Origin: Tubiluchus corallicola
Lineage: Eukaryota; Animalia; Priapulida
Assembly: GCA_030141605.1 (NCBI GenBank)
Contig: JAQGDQ010000035.1
Coordinates: forward strand, 620,001-684,000
Length of the DNA: 64,000 nucleotides
Reading direction: 5' to 3'
Numbering within the stretch: position 1 is the first letter of the stretch; each line of letters starts with the position of its first letter. Below are positions 28,401 through 40,810 of the stretch, in pieces. Under the pieces are notes generated by a model that was given only the letters and a program-made list of their open reading frames with translations, did not search any database and was not told the DNA's origin. The position numbers and the translations under genes are program-made.

Positions 28401-31400
28401 CAGCAAAAGAAGAACATCGTTCACCAACGAATAAGAACATAATAATGAACAAACCATCCATTTCTCGTTCAATCATCGTATGAAAGAAAAACCATGATAT
28501 ATAGATATATGTGACCATTTTTCAACACGGCCATTCTACTCTCTGCCATGTAGGCCAATACGTCTAATATCCAGGCCTCGAAAGCTAGCCGACCAATCAA
28601 GAACGAGTTCCGGGTGAAGTGACATCAGTAGTACAGCGACGGGGGTTTCACATTTGTTGAAACACAGGCATAATATTATCATGGAAAAAAATGTTGCTAA
28701 ACGTATTTTCGCTTAAAAAATATAAGTCATGTTGAAACGAAACGAATTTCATCTTCTTCTGCCTAATTACATATTTAAGGTAGCTTAACAGAAAATGGCT
28801 TCATTTAATGGATAACTTCGTCTAAAATAATGCTACTCTTGACTAAAGATGGCAGCACAAGATTGGAACATTAAAATCAATACATCAATATTATCAATCG
28901 TTAGGTAAACAATTCGTGATACCGTTTAGTGATATTTAATACTTAAAGTGAAAAATAATTAGTAGCAGTAATCTGCTAGATGGGGGACCATCACACAAAG
29001 AAATCATTCGACCATTCGACTTTTCAAAAAGTAGTGTTAGTTTTAAAAAATTATTTTCTGAAGAGTTCTTTTTACTTTTTCTTAAGTCTCATTCCTATTT
29101 TTTTCCTTATGACGATGCAAAAAGGCATACTTTTATTATTACTTGTGGTGTCTCTCTAGTACCATCACATGTAGCTTATTAGTTCATTTCATAAGGCATC
29201 TATTCATTTCTTCATGTTTAGCCTTGACTTTGACTTTGGCATTTGACTTTGTTTGAAACAATTTGTATAAAAATATTTTAAAATTTATAATTTTGTGAAA
29301 CATAATTCGTATCCAGATCATAAATTTGAAAAAAATTTGAAAAAACAAAAATGTGACCTTAGGAAAGCAACCTATAAGCAATTAAAATGTTTATATTTAA
29401 TGTTTGCTTTTCCTATGGGTAGGTAGCAAAAGTATTGGAATAAATGGATAGGAAATCATAATCAATAATCAAGGTAAAAATAACAGCTCTAGGACACATG
29501 TTAAACTACATGTACAATAACAACATAAAATTTAAGATTTTTTATTTATACAGCTTGTCGAAGAGCTAAAAAGCAGGCAAAAAGCTGTGTTCTCACACCA
29601 TTTGTTTCAGCAGAAACCAGGTGACACCTTGTCTCAGCAAAATGCTGCTTTCTCACACCAGGTATAACAATCTCAGGTACGTCTCCTAATGATATATAAT
29701 TAGCTTATAATACCGGGTTTTACACATGACCAAAGTGTAGTACACATAGTTTTCTACCTACCGTACACTTTTGAGCATGTAAAGTACTTCTGGTGGAAGT
29801 TCTAGCTCCCTGTCTTCTAGTAGGTCTTCTTCCAGGTATTCTGGCGGAGGCTCTTTCTGCTGCAGCATAACTTTACTCTCTTTCTTTGGCACACGCAGCA
29901 ATCTAGGTATCAATAGAGATAATAATTAAGCTAAAAAAGTACTTAGTAAAACAATGAAACATCAAAATATTTGACCTATCACTTACTGAAATGTCTTCAA
30001 AACATTAATGTCTTCATTTTTTCAAACTGATGTCAAATAGTTTAATTAATTTCACTTCATGTAAAACATGTAAACAAGTAAAAACAGAAGAGCTGAATAG
30101 TAAAAGAGCTTTCAACTAAGTTATTACTCTTCACAGCTTGCATAATGCATGGCTTGTTACTGCAAAAATTTTGCTCCAGTATTCTTGTCCCTGTTATGAA
30201 GGACAAAAATGGGAACATTTCTAACACCAATAATTATCGCCCAATAGCACTATCACCTATTTCAGCAAACTTATGGAGCAAGCTTTCATGGAACGCTATG
30301 AGAACTTGTTACCATCTACGGATAACCAGTTTGGCTTTAAACATGATCTGGGCACTGAAATGTGTATTTTCACCTTAAAGGAAATTGTAAATTTTTAAAC
30401 GTCCAAAAATAGCGTGATTCATGTATGTTTTATAGATGCTTCAAAAGCATTTGATAATGTCAACTATTGCAAATTATTTCTAGAACTTTATCATACTGAT
30501 TTTCTAAAGATAATCTCGCATTTACTGTATACAAGGTATGAGAAACAGGAACTGGCAATTAGATGGGGGAACAGTATCTCAGACAAGTTTAATATGTCTA
30601 ATGGTGTTAGGCAAGGCAGCTGCTTGTCTTCTAAACTATTTAATACTTATCTTTGTAAACTGAATCGCACCTTAACAGAATCAAAAACTGGCTGTTTTAT
30701 TGGAAATGTATATACTAATCATCTTATGTACGCTGATGACACCTGTCTGATTGCTTCTACTATAACGAGCCTTCAGTATTTATTAAATTTGTACATGAAG
30801 TGTGCAGCACAATGTGATATTAAGGTGAACTATACGAAAACAAAACTTTCAACCTTCAAACCGTTAAATTATACTAAATTCCCCACAGGAAATATTTATG
30901 CAGAAACTAATACCATTAAAATCTTGTACAGAAGAAAAGTACCTAGGCCATCTTTTAAAAACAGATAAAACAGACAATACGGATACTGACCACCAGCGTT
31001 GTTTGTTCTACATTCGATCAAACAAATTAATTAGATATTTTTCTAACTGCAGTACAAAAGTCAAACGAACATTGTTCAAAGGTTATTGCTCTAACTTTTA
31101 TTGAGCCACATTATGGAATAACTATTACAACTACGGCTTAAAGAATTTAAAAGTTGCTTATAATAAAGGGATCAGAATTTTGTTTAATCTAAATTACAAC
31201 TGCTCAACTAGACAAATGTGTATGGAACTAAATTTACCATATTTTGATTTTATTATTAGAAGATCACTAAAAATTAGAGCTACTAACACTTACAATGAGT
31301 TGATAAATAATATATTTAATGGCGACTGTTTATTGATATCTAGATTGTATAAGCATTGGAATAAATGCTTACATACTGTAGCCCAATAAAGTAAAGTTGC

Positions 31401-34400
31401 AAATATTGTAAATACTTAATTAACTGTATTTAATTGTGAGACACTGCTAACTGATAATTGTATGTTGATTTATATGTATGTTTGTTTGAGAACTATAATA
31501 TGTATTGTAATATGGACTTTGTTCTGAAATAAAAATATTCAATCAATCAATCAATCATAAGCTTAGATTCTGAAAGGGAACAATGACAAGAGGGGTATTA
31601 ACAATAACAATGACTATTCAACAATGACAAGAGTGATGTGGAAGTTGGTCGCGAATTGCGGCCATAATTGCTGTACGTGATTATAGAAATAGTTTTGCTT
31701 TACAATAATTTCCCAGATTGGGATTTTGAGTGACGTGTCATGTTCTGAACTTCAATAGAAGTTGGCTTTTCTTATACGATTTCTTATATGGCTCAAGAGT
31801 AATATTAACAACAACAATAAAATTTTATTCAACGATGGCAAGTTTTATTAACAATAACAATAATTATTCAACCGACAGCAGAAACAGCAATGTACAATAG
31901 CTTTAATGTATGAACTTATACCATTTTTACATGATCCTAATTAGCCATTTTGTATTTGGGCACAAAATGAGATAATACACAAACAAATAACAATCAAACC
32001 TAACTGCAAACTAAGAATCTCTTCGAATCTCACTAAGCGAATACATAATTAAACCATTTGTAATCTAAGAAGATTTCTGCACAGTCTTTATGACTATTAC
32101 TATTTATCACATTTGCTCCCTGAATCAAAAGTGCAAGCAAAATAAGAATCTCAAGTGAAAGGTTCATAACAAAATTCCCGTAAAATCAAAAGTATCTGTA
32201 ACTAAATTTTAATTATTTTCTTACAGCTTAAATTCAAAAACAAGTCTGCACTCACCATAATTAATCCAATTCCAGGCTAACAAAATTACTCAACTACAGC
32301 TGTAACTGATCAAATTTCAAAAAGCTGCTGTTATTTCTCTTGGAGATGAATGATAAATATTTTGAAAATATGCTCTGTGGATTGAGACATAAAACTCAAA
32401 GAATGCAAGGTCAGCAGGTACCCCAGAAAAATCGTTATGTCATTTATGGCTACAGGTTAAGCTAAATGCATCTGCTATCTTTGTACAGTTTTAGTTATTA
32501 AATCAGACATTTTGCTGGAAAAAAATTAAGCACCCTAGTCAAAATCAAATGTATTTCAAAGAGCTCATATTTAAACACTAATAAAAAAGCACAACTTGTA
32601 CTTTAAAAAACGTGTTGCAAAAACCTTTAATTGGAATTACTTACCTTTTGGCAAATTTAAGAACCATTTGTCGTTTTTTTATTCGTCTTCCAGACATGTC
32701 GGTACGTGATAAAGAACTGTTTACCTATAAGACAGAGTTCATTAAAGCATTTAACAGATTTGCTTAAATAGTCACGATACCAAAAATTTACATATAGCTC
32801 AGTGAGCATAGGTCGCCTTTTTCAGAAAGAGAGAGAACACCGATACTTTGTTACAATTCTGAAACATTTGTGAAAATCGAAAGTGTTTTTTTACACAGCA
32901 AAAAATCTGTTCATCACAACAACTTGTTTTCTTTAAAGCGTTACTTAATTTTCTATACGTTAGGAAGCACTGACTTTGTCCTTTGGCACAAACTATTAAA
33001 ATGACAGCGATTTTTTTTGTGAAAGCGAGTCTTTCGCTCTTTCAAACAAATAATCTGCAGGTAGATGATATAACATTGTAAATGTATTAAGAATTTTTTT
33101 AATTTTAATTTAAATTTTCTATCTTGACATTAAAATGTGTTATTTGAACTATGAGTGCTATTCTGCACCATTGCAAAATACCACAGTTTTCAAGTAATAA
33201 ATAAGAAATGATTAAAACTACTGGAATAAACACTAGTTTGTCTTTAGTTAATGAATACCTACTTTTCGCAACATCTTCTGTCCATAAAACCAGACTTTAT
33301 CCCGCTTGCGAAACCTTGGCTTTTTATGTGACAGAGATATTTGTTTTATCTGAGGCATAACTTCTTCCACTGAAACAGTAAAAATCAACAAATGCGTAAA
33401 CTTACAAATATAGAGCAGTTACAGTTAAATACATGTACTGTATTTACACTCAAAACAAGCAAAAAAAGAACAAAATTAAGACATGAGTTAGTAAACTCTA
33501 AGCACAACCTATGTAAGGCAAGGAGACAATGCACGTAAGCATACGATTTCAGGGGTTTAAGGGTTTTCACATATGTATGCTAAAATATCAGTCATTTATT
33601 TATTTACAAAAACAATTAGATTTCATATTAAAGAATTGTACCATTGTAATTTTTGTTTTTACACTATGTCATATTACCCATTCTAGTTGTCTGCTTTATC
33701 AAAATATTGTAAGTCCAAACTAGCTAAATATAAATAATGATCAAAATAATCACGTCATGCTTGCAAACAGTTTTATTAGCAAATTACCTTTTTTTCTGCA
33801 TTTGCGAAATATTATCACAGCGACTATGATAATACTGCTTAAAGTCAAAATCCCAATGACTAGATACTGAAAAAAATAAAAAGCTAATTAATGTTTAATC
33901 ACTTAAGTATATTTAATTTAGAATTATTTTATGAGCATTTTGAACAACAATCCAACAATCCTACACTAAGATAAAAAGCAGAAAGTGCCAGTACAGACAG
34001 TGCTAGCATTTGGCCAAGTGGCAATGGCACCTTCTTGCAAATTTAGGCAGTGGACATTTCAAGGCGACCAACAAACGACCCATGAAACCAACCAGCCAAC
34101 CAACAAACTATTTGTATTAATAATTAATTAATTATTAATAAATTAATTTAATTAATAAATGTATAATTATTGCAAAATGTTGCTTATTGTTGCTTATTAA
34201 TAATTGTGTACTCTCTTACTTATAAGAGAACAGAATAAAATAAAGTTGAATAAATGGAATGGAACAAAATAAGAGACATCAGCACGGAATGGAAGGGCGT
34301 GGAACACGACATAATGTAATAGAATGGAAGATAACAGAACAGTGTGTCATGTGTCTAAGGGTAAAAGCACAGTGAACGCCTCCAAATTTGGCCCCTGTGA

Positions 34401-34608
34401 TGCCAAAAAATTTTCACGTAGATGTTTGTGTAATACAGCAAATGAAAGCTCTTGTTCTGTACTTCATATAACTACATTTGGATTATAAATTAGATGAAGT
34501 TATGCAATTTTAAGAAAACCATGTATTTCTCAATTGTATAAGGAAGACAATCAGTCTTTCATGTTAAAATGCTTTTCTAAACACCTTAAATATCAACTAA
34601 TATTTAAC

Positions 34609-34649
<41 letters not shown>

Positions 34650-37605
34650 GTGTATAGACATAGTTTATATGTATATATATTATATATATATGAAATGCAT
34701 ATTTTAAACATTCGGTAACATTAACTAGGCGAATTTTTGTTTTTGTCGTAATAAATGTGTAACATTTTTTCGATATTTTTAAGTAAAAATAAACCAAATA
34801 ATTTGTGTTATCAAACCTTTATTTTCATTTTCTAAATTAAACTAACATAGTTTTACCAAAAAAGCTTAGTTTTTGATAAATGGAACTGCAAGTATAGATG
34901 AGCCAGTATGTCAAAGTTCGTAAATATACTACGTTTTATTAATAAATTTAGAACTCCAAGCTATTTCTTTTGACATATTTAACAAAAAACTAGCCTATTG
35001 ACACCGGATTCTACATTTTTCACAAAACAGATGCTTAAACATCAGCCAGAAGGCTGATTGCACATTTGTATTGACGTAATGGACAGACAAGTACATTTAG
35101 GCCTACATATTATTGCAAACTAAGTATGGTTTCACCTTTTTGCATTATATAAGGACATTAATATCAGGAAAAAGCAGTCATTAAACTTCAGTTGTTTTAA
35201 TATTTGGTAAAAACCGCTAAAAGGATCACAACCACTAAACAGTTGTTGACGTAAAGGACAGACATAAGAACACATACCTTAGAAGTGGCATTTTGGCAAA
35301 ATTGTATAATAATTACTTGGCTTTATGCTGTTGATCAACTAAACAAACAATAGATCTTGACTTAGTAGCACAAACAATAGATCTTGACTTAGTAGCAAAA
35401 AAAGTAAATTATTACACAAAGTGATTACTTAACAGGCCTTTGGACTAACTTCTTTTGAAAACTGAGAAGAGCGGTAACAAGCACGTCTCAATGTAATTAA
35501 CCAAAATGGCTGCCACCGCAGTGTGCTGGGATGTCCCAGAATAGTAACTGCACAAGGGCTGCAGGCACAGTAAATAACTGGTGCCATGTTATGATTGCCA
35601 GTTGAATATTTTTCTAACAGGAATTAAGTAAAATATGCACAAAAGAAAGAGGGCCACGAGTTACACGCAAAAGCAGACAAATGGTTCAAATCGTGGGAGT
35701 CAGGTATTTACTGTAACTGAGGTAGGCCCGGGCTTTAAGAAGGTGTGACAAAAATTGTGTCACATCAAAAGGCTGTCCTTAACTATTACAATGATGGTGC
35801 CTGTTGTTGCTTTCTAAGACAAAGAGCAGATTTTAAATAGCATGTACTCACAATTTTGTGTAGTTTTATTTAGCAAAAAATTTATTGCTTAACGAAGGAC
35901 TTTTATGGAGCAGGCTTACAGCAACAATTGAGCAGAGTCACACTATTATAAATTCACGGATTATATAATAATATACACATAATATGTTGGTACTACATAC
36001 TGTTTCAAGTTTCTAGATAAACCATGGAAAATAATAAAAGCCTGATTCTCATCATGTGAACAGTATGGTAGATAGGTATTCTGAGCCTTCAAATTAATAA
36101 AAACACTGTCAGTCCCAAGGGTAATTAGTTTCCTATCTTTTGATTAAAGCTTTTATGCTGTTATAAGACTGCCAAACGCTACTATTGCATTAATGTTTAT
36201 TAAGGTTGAACATCCAATATTTTAGCAGACTTCTTAATTGTTATTCAAAGTTTATCTATCAGGGGTAATTAACTTATGTTGTTTAAACCCTAATCTGTAA
36301 GACTGATCATTTATAATGTCTAATATGGTCTTGAAAGTATGACCATTTTGTAGATTTTATAAAATATACTTTCCTTGTAGCATATTTTCCTAGTACAAGT
36401 TAAACTTTTCCAGTACTAAACTATCCTAGCACCAAACCTGTTCGGTACCATTTTTCCTTGTATCAGATTTACTTGTACCAGAAATGTTTGCCAACCTTCG
36501 CCAGTACTATATTAAATCTTACCAGTACCACATTTTCCCTAGTGCTAAAATTTCGTTGTACTAAAAATTCGTAGCAGCAAATTTTCCCAGTACCAAAATT
36601 ACTAGGGCCAAATTTACCGTATTTTCCCGTGTATAAGAGACCCTTTTTTGCTCAGAATTTTCACTTTAAAAACAGGGGGTCTCTTATACATGGGAGTAAG
36701 TCTTTTCAATAAGATGCATAAATTGTGACACTAATGATTTTAAAGAAATAAGTGCTCTACAAGTGCCTCAAGGCATGGAATGGTGTAAAGCCAGAGGTCA
36801 TTATTAAATCTTTCAAGAAGTGTGGCATCTCCAATGCCATGGACGGCACAGAGGACAATGCCATTTTTGAGCAGAGTGACTCCTCTGATGATGAACTGGC
36901 TGGAATTGCTGAAGGTCTGACTCCAGTTGATATTTTTGATGACAGTGATGAGGAATTTAATGATTTCTATGATGAATAAAGTTATTCATTACCAAAAAAC
37001 TTTTTTCCAGAATTTTTGCCTAAAAATTGAAGGGGTCTCTTATACACAAGGGTCTCTTATACACGGGAAAATACGGTACCTGTACCAAACTTACTAGTAC
37101 CATTTTTTTCCATGTTTTTCAGTTTATTTACATGCTGTAAGCACTTGCAGCGAGGGAGTTTGTGAGAATGTGTGTTACGTCATCAAGTTCGGCGGGGCTA
37201 AACGAGGAATGCGATCTGCGTATTGGGAGATAATGGACAAGGATCGTGTATAGAACATTTATTTTCTCCAATATAGTTTTTACAGCAAGTTTGTTAAATA
37301 TTAAATAATTGTAATCATGGAGCAGGACAGGGAGGGACCATAGGGCTATCTAGTCTCATGCCCTTCCATATAGACAGATTGGCATATTAAAAATAAACGG
37401 TGATGCTGCAGATAACAAAAACAAATAAGGAAAAAAGTACAAATTGTCAACGAACAAATGGAGAACCGATGAAAAGACTGTATCTTGATCATCTCATACA
37501 TAATAGGCCTTGATCTCGTAGGAGGGGGTAACTTATTAAACTTACCGAATAGGTCATGAGATTTGTAGCAAAAATTTCGTCGATGTCAATCTCACTTTCA
37601 GACAT
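4499..37605 (-). CDS. PNPLA6/7 (sws): Patatin-like phospholipase PNPLA6/7 (neuropathy target esterase / swiss cheese), ~1327 aa without microexons: N-terminal TM helix, cNMP-binding domains, patatin domain
   Basis: Exons joined by GT/AG and phase: 37546-37605, 33788-33866 (TM), 33263-33369 ([12 protein letters not shown]), 32645-32724, 29762-29902 ([22 protein letters not shown]), 26922-27081 ([17 protein letters not shown]), 26444-26527, 24423-24632 ([19 protein letters not shown]), 23653-23872, 23407-23516, 22612-22800, 22174-22251, 21893-21967, 19116-19249, 18564-18695, 18061-18184, 17682-17795, 16965-17154, 15804-16036, 15157-15339, 14135-14253 (LGGGGAR), 13783-14003 (GGTSIG, catalytic Ser), 11596-11718, 10287-10403 OR 10125-10241 (DGG/DGA, catalytic Asp), 9078-9226, 8136-8288, 6374-6499, 5842-5941, 4499-4671 (TGA). 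Total 3984 nt, frame open throughout. First exon is the least certain. Confidence 0.93.
6747..7705 (+). mobile_element. Non-autonomous Tc1/mariner-pogo-type DNA element (MITE family A), copy 1
   Basis: TA|CAGTAG..TTAATAGA ... TCTATTAAGCGGTGCTTACTG|TA; internal sequence shared with copies at 20107, 24770 and ~25460. Confidence 0.85.
10125..10241 (-). CDS. PNPLA6/7 (sws): PNPLA6/7 exon 24b, duplicated alternative catalytic-Asp exon (G)[38 protein letters not shown]
   Basis: 117 nt, phase 1-1, acceptor ..ctcccacag, donor G|gtgatc; no stops or indels; 30/39 aa identical to 24a. Confidence 0.85.
10287..10403 (-). CDS. PNPLA6/7 (sws): PNPLA6/7 exon 24a, canonical catalytic-Asp exon (G)[38 protein letters not shown]
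   Basis: 117 nt, phase 1-1, acceptor ..ccgtgtag, donor G|gtgagg; matches the NTE consensus including DGG. Confidence 0.93.
11154..11283 (+). other. Orphan exon-like GC-rich block antisense to PNPLA6/7 intron 23
   Basis: tttttcag|GTACCC...GGAGGAG|gtaaga; open in two + frames ([43 protein letters not shown]). Confidence 0.3.
12467..12844 (-). CDS. Candidate nested two-exon small single-pass membrane protein (75-89 aa), or alternative terminal exon of PNPLA6/7
   Basis: Exon 12793-12844 ([17 protein letters not shown], donor G|gtaatg), 108-nt intron, acceptor ttgtttatttgttttcag, exon 12467-12684 ([25 protein letters not shown]...WQCCM*); phases match. Confidence 0.4.
20107..21024 (-). mobile_element. 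MITE family A, copy 2 (inverted relative to copy 1)
   Basis: TIRs CAGTAGACGCCGCTTAATAGAC ... GTCTATTAAGCGGTGCCTATTG; body is the reverse complement of 6747-7705. Confidence 0.85.
23032..23052 (-). CDS. Candidate 21-nt microexon (DVENGSM) of PNPLA6/7
   Basis: ctgactgtgtgcattatccttcatatag|GATGTGGAGAATGGCTCTATG|gtaata; phase 0-0 between phase-0 exons. Confidence 0.55.
23962..23979 (-). CDS. Candidate 18-nt microexon (VAPPSV) of PNPLA6/7
   Basis: tatttag|GTTGCTCCGCCTTCTGTA|gtaggt; phase 0-0 between phase-0 exons; GC-rich blip in an AT-rich intron. Confidence 0.5.
24770..25423 (-). mobile_element. MITE family A, copy 3 (internally deleted)
   Basis: CAATAGGTGCCGCTTAATAGACTC ... CTATTAAGCGACGCCTACTG|TA; long near-identical stretches with copy 2. 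Confidence 0.85.
25424..25451. repeat. (TAT)n microsatellite
   Basis: About 9 perfect TAT units. Confidence 0.9.
25460..26279 (+). mobile_element. MITE family A, copy 4 (more diverged, left end lost)
   Basis: Colinear with 6795-7705 (ctattcaaac..taaaaact..; tctggaagctaa.catttaatcacttgcc); ends GTCTATTAGGCGGTGCCTACTG|TA. Confidence 0.75.
30124..31556 (+). mobile_element. 5'-truncated, decayed non-LTR retrotransposon (RTE-X/Proto2-like RT) in PNPLA intron 4
   Basis: [54 protein letters not shown]; AATAAA followed by (TCAA)n tail at 31528-31556. Confidence 0.88.
34610..34691. repeat. (TA)n microsatellite region
   Basis: Long TA runs. Confidence 0.85.
35344..35397. repeat. Perfect 27-nt tandem duplication
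   Basis: CAAACAATAGATCTTGACTTAGTAGCA x2. Confidence 0.9.
36370..37105. repeat. Degenerate ~15-16-nt minisatellite (GTACCAAA-TTTNCC core) interrupted by a pogo element
   Basis: Units such as ttttcccagtaccaaa, ttaccagtaccaca, ttactagtaccat on both sides of 36617-37076. Confidence 0.6.
36617..37076 (+). mobile_element. pogo/Tc2-type deletion derivative with a transposase C-terminal remnant
   Basis: Perfect 27-bp TIR CCGTATTTTCCCGTGTATAAGAGACCC, TA TSD, subterminal GGTCTCTTATACA repeats; ORF 36752-36979 [29 protein letters not shown] plus acidic tail typical of pogo/CENP-B-like DDE transposases. Confidence 0.9.
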
Positions 37606-39269
37606 ATTTGTATCAACGTACATTACGTTTTCCGTGAGAAGCATTTTAATAAATCAAAAAGTTACCCTACAATTTAAGAAAGAGAACTGTCATTTTAGTG
37701 AATAACCAATGCAGGTCAAACGAAATGAAAAAACACTGTTACACACTCGCTCGCAAACATCATAACATGTCTGTGAAACAAGCAATTGAAACAAACGATA
37801 GCATAGCCCTCTATTGAATGATACTCGAACTTAAAAAATTTTGCCATGTGCAAATACCGCACACCTATATTTATTTATAACGCTTTTCCGGGTTACAGCA
37901 AGTTATCCATATTTGAATTTCAAATATTTCTTCTAAATTATTGCATTAAGAACAATTTACATTGATGCAGCTCACAAAGATCGGTTTGGATTATCTTCAG
38001 GACTACCCTTTGTTAGTAATGATGACTTATTGCGTTACTTACAGTTAAAGATGATAAATGGTCGTAGTGTGAAGAGAGTCACAGTGCACGATACGATTGA
38101 TTAAAGTGTTTTTGTTGTGACCTTACGGTTTCTGGTTTAATTGTGCACCCGTAACTTCATAAAGTGGTCTACAAAAAACCTCTATAATGAAATAGCAGCT
38201 AGATGGGCAACATTTATGTAATGCTTTGAGTTTAGGCTACAACAATTAATACAGAGCGTAACTACTGAATGGAAAGTATAGACAGTTCTTGTGGAGTTAC
38301 CAGGGATCTCTATCTTTATGAGCAAGAAAAAGATTTTGGGGTGCATAATAATCGATGCCAAGAAAATGTTTCACACCTATGCAGCTAGAAGAATATTATA
38401 ATAAAGGCAAACCAGATTTCTCGTGTATAATCAACCAATGACAACCAGGGATAGTATTTGAAAATGGACAAGACTAGATGGCAATATCAGTTCTATAATG
38501 CCAGTCTCTGTATGATTAGATCTGATTTAGACATAAAAATGTTATGAAATTTTGGGGACAGTTTTAAGATAGATGCAGTATAGTCTAGTAGCCACTGAGA
38601 AGGTGCAAAGAGTGAAAAAGCCTATTCTTTCAATTAAAGGCCATTCATATGAAGACAGAATAAGCTCCTTAACTTTTTATCAATGCTTGTAAAAACCTAT
38701 TGAGGTACAGGTGATATATTTCAACAAGAGGTCATTATTCAATATTTTGAAATTGCAAATTTAAACGTAAGTAAAAATAAAACTAAAAAAACAATGTTTC
38801 ACCTTTCAGTAGCTAGACCACCATGGTTTATCTTCAAGAGGAAAACAAGCACATACGATCTCGATCTTTGAATTTCACAATAAGTGTGTTTTTGTAAATA
38901 CATCTTCTGAAAAGCACATTAGTTTTAGTTTTTGTTTTTTATATCAGTTAAGGAATGACAACGTTTTTTAAAGAATACTCATTTATCTAATTTGTTACTT
39001 TCTATTATTTTTTGTAATCACACATTTTCACTTTATATTTTATTGTGTGCTGTTCTAGACTGTCAATCACAGCACTTCATATACAATCATCTTTTTGTGA
39101 ATTATTATTTTTTGGCATTTGATCTGCTGTTTTCTCTATCAAAAGTCTTTAAGCCTACTAGCATCTCCACACAGGGACAAAATTGACTGCTTATACGTCA
39201 TGCACGTGACCATTGTTCTTCAAGTAAAAAGTTTTGTAGTTTAATGACGGTCGTGTGGCTGTGGTTTTA

Positions 39270-40310
39270 ATTGTTGTTCCCACTAAATGGGCTAATGTGA
39301 CCAGCGGTATACCACAGGGAAGTGTGCTTGGACCTAATTTATTTACTATTTACATAAATGATCTTCCCGAAGTTTTCAACTATGGTAATAGCCTATTTGC
39401 AGACACAATAAAACATATGGAAAAGCATGCTGCCTGAATGATTTTGAGGTCATGCAGAATAATATTAATGATGCTGACCAATGGTGTCGCCAATGGCAAA
39501 TGGAATTTAACACCGAAAAATGTAAGCTCCTGACTATTGGAAGGCATGATATTGCAGGTCGCACATATAAAATGGCATATGGACAAAGTTCTAAGAAATT
39601 ATAAGTGTCACAGAAGAAAAAGATCTGGGTATCACCATTGACAATATGCTTAAATTCAAACACACATAAATAATGCTGTTAATAAAGCACATAGAAGACT
39701 GACCTTAATCAAGTGTAGCTTTTCTTATCTTGTTGGATCTATGATGACCATGCTATACAAGTCAATAATTTTCCCTATATTGGATTATGCTGATGTGATA
39801 TGATGTCCAAGTCGTCAAGACATGATAAGGACAATTGAAAATATGCAATGTCGAGCTACTAGACTAGAGTTGTATCTGCTGTTTCTCATTTACCGTTTGT
39901 TGCAAGACTTAAGAGTCTTGGCCTTATAACTCTGAAGTATGGACGCAAAAGATAAGACTTAATTCAAACATTTCGTATCCTTAAAGGCACATAAACTGTC
40001 AACAGCGAAATAATTTTCCTTCGGCAAACATATCATGGTCCTGCAAAATTAAGAAGAGAACAGTTCCCCTAAGGTGGAGTAGAAGGAGGGATACATTTGC
40101 AAGATGAGTAATTAATGAATGGAACATGTTGGCTGACACTGCAGTTCAAGCCTCTAGTCGTTCCCAGTGAAAGATACATCTCAATAGACACTGGAAATGC
40201 AATCCAGAAAAACATATAGACCACAAGATGCCACAATGGCAATACGAAGTCTTTACCATACTTTATGATCGCAGTCCCTATTTTTGTTATTTTTATTTTT
40301 AATAAAGTAA
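39270..40310 (+). mobile_element. 5'-truncated decayed CR1-type LINE between the divergent PNPLA and UHRF1 starts
   Basis: [53 protein letters not shown]; AATAAA near 40301. Confidence 0.85.
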
Positions 40311-40679
40311 ACAAGAAAGAGTGGAGAGGTCCATAAGTTGTTTATGCTTAACCTCTATCTTTGACGGTAACGTAAAATGGATAGATTTACTAAATTGGCA
40401 CGATATAGTAATTACCATTTTATAAATAAATTTCAGAGTTAATTCCTTTTATCTGCATCGTGTCACTAGCCTTAGCTTAACAAAAATAAACGTTTTATCA
40501 TAACGTGGTTTTCTTCACCTATTTTCGTTGCATTAGCAAAATGATAACAATCTCTGTACATATTTGTAGTTCTGTACCACCTATATCGGGAACAATTTCT
40601 ATCTTCTTGCCAGAGTCGTAGCAAATTCTGTGCCGTTTCACTGAAAAACACACCTGAAATAAAAGAAGTTTACAGCAAT

Positions 40680-40810
40680 TTTCCCGCCAAGTTCACTTGT
40701 GTTTGTCATACAAGTGTATTGTGAAAACACCGGGCAGTTTCATTTTAGAACTCTAGTTCTTATTTTTAATATCCGGCAGCACGATTTTTACCTAAAGCTT
40801 GTAGTGATTG
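40680..40810 (+). promoter_or_regulatory. Candidate UHRF1 promoter E2F site and non-coding first exon
   Basis: TTTCCCGC(CAA) at 40680-40690; donor TTG|gtatgt at 40810; acceptor ttttcag at 44011-44017 lies 18 nt before the ATG, which implies an upstream UTR exon. Confidence 0.5.

Noticed and set aside
32250-32390. Alternative PNPLA exon ending ATG|gtgagt
   Set aside because: Out of phase with exon 5, and in-frame stops lie just upstream; at most non-coding
35071-35265. Repeated TTGACGTAA(T/A)GGACAGACA as CRE sites
   Set aside because: The shared flank indicates a small local repeat rather than independent binding sites
35270-35340. Alternative first exon with donor AAG|gtatgt
   Set aside because: In the phase needed to join the TM exon there is an upstream stop and no ATG
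36370-36616. Periodic repeats as a CRISPR-like array
   Set aside because: Units are ~15-16 nt, degenerate and adjacent with no unique spacers: a minisatellite
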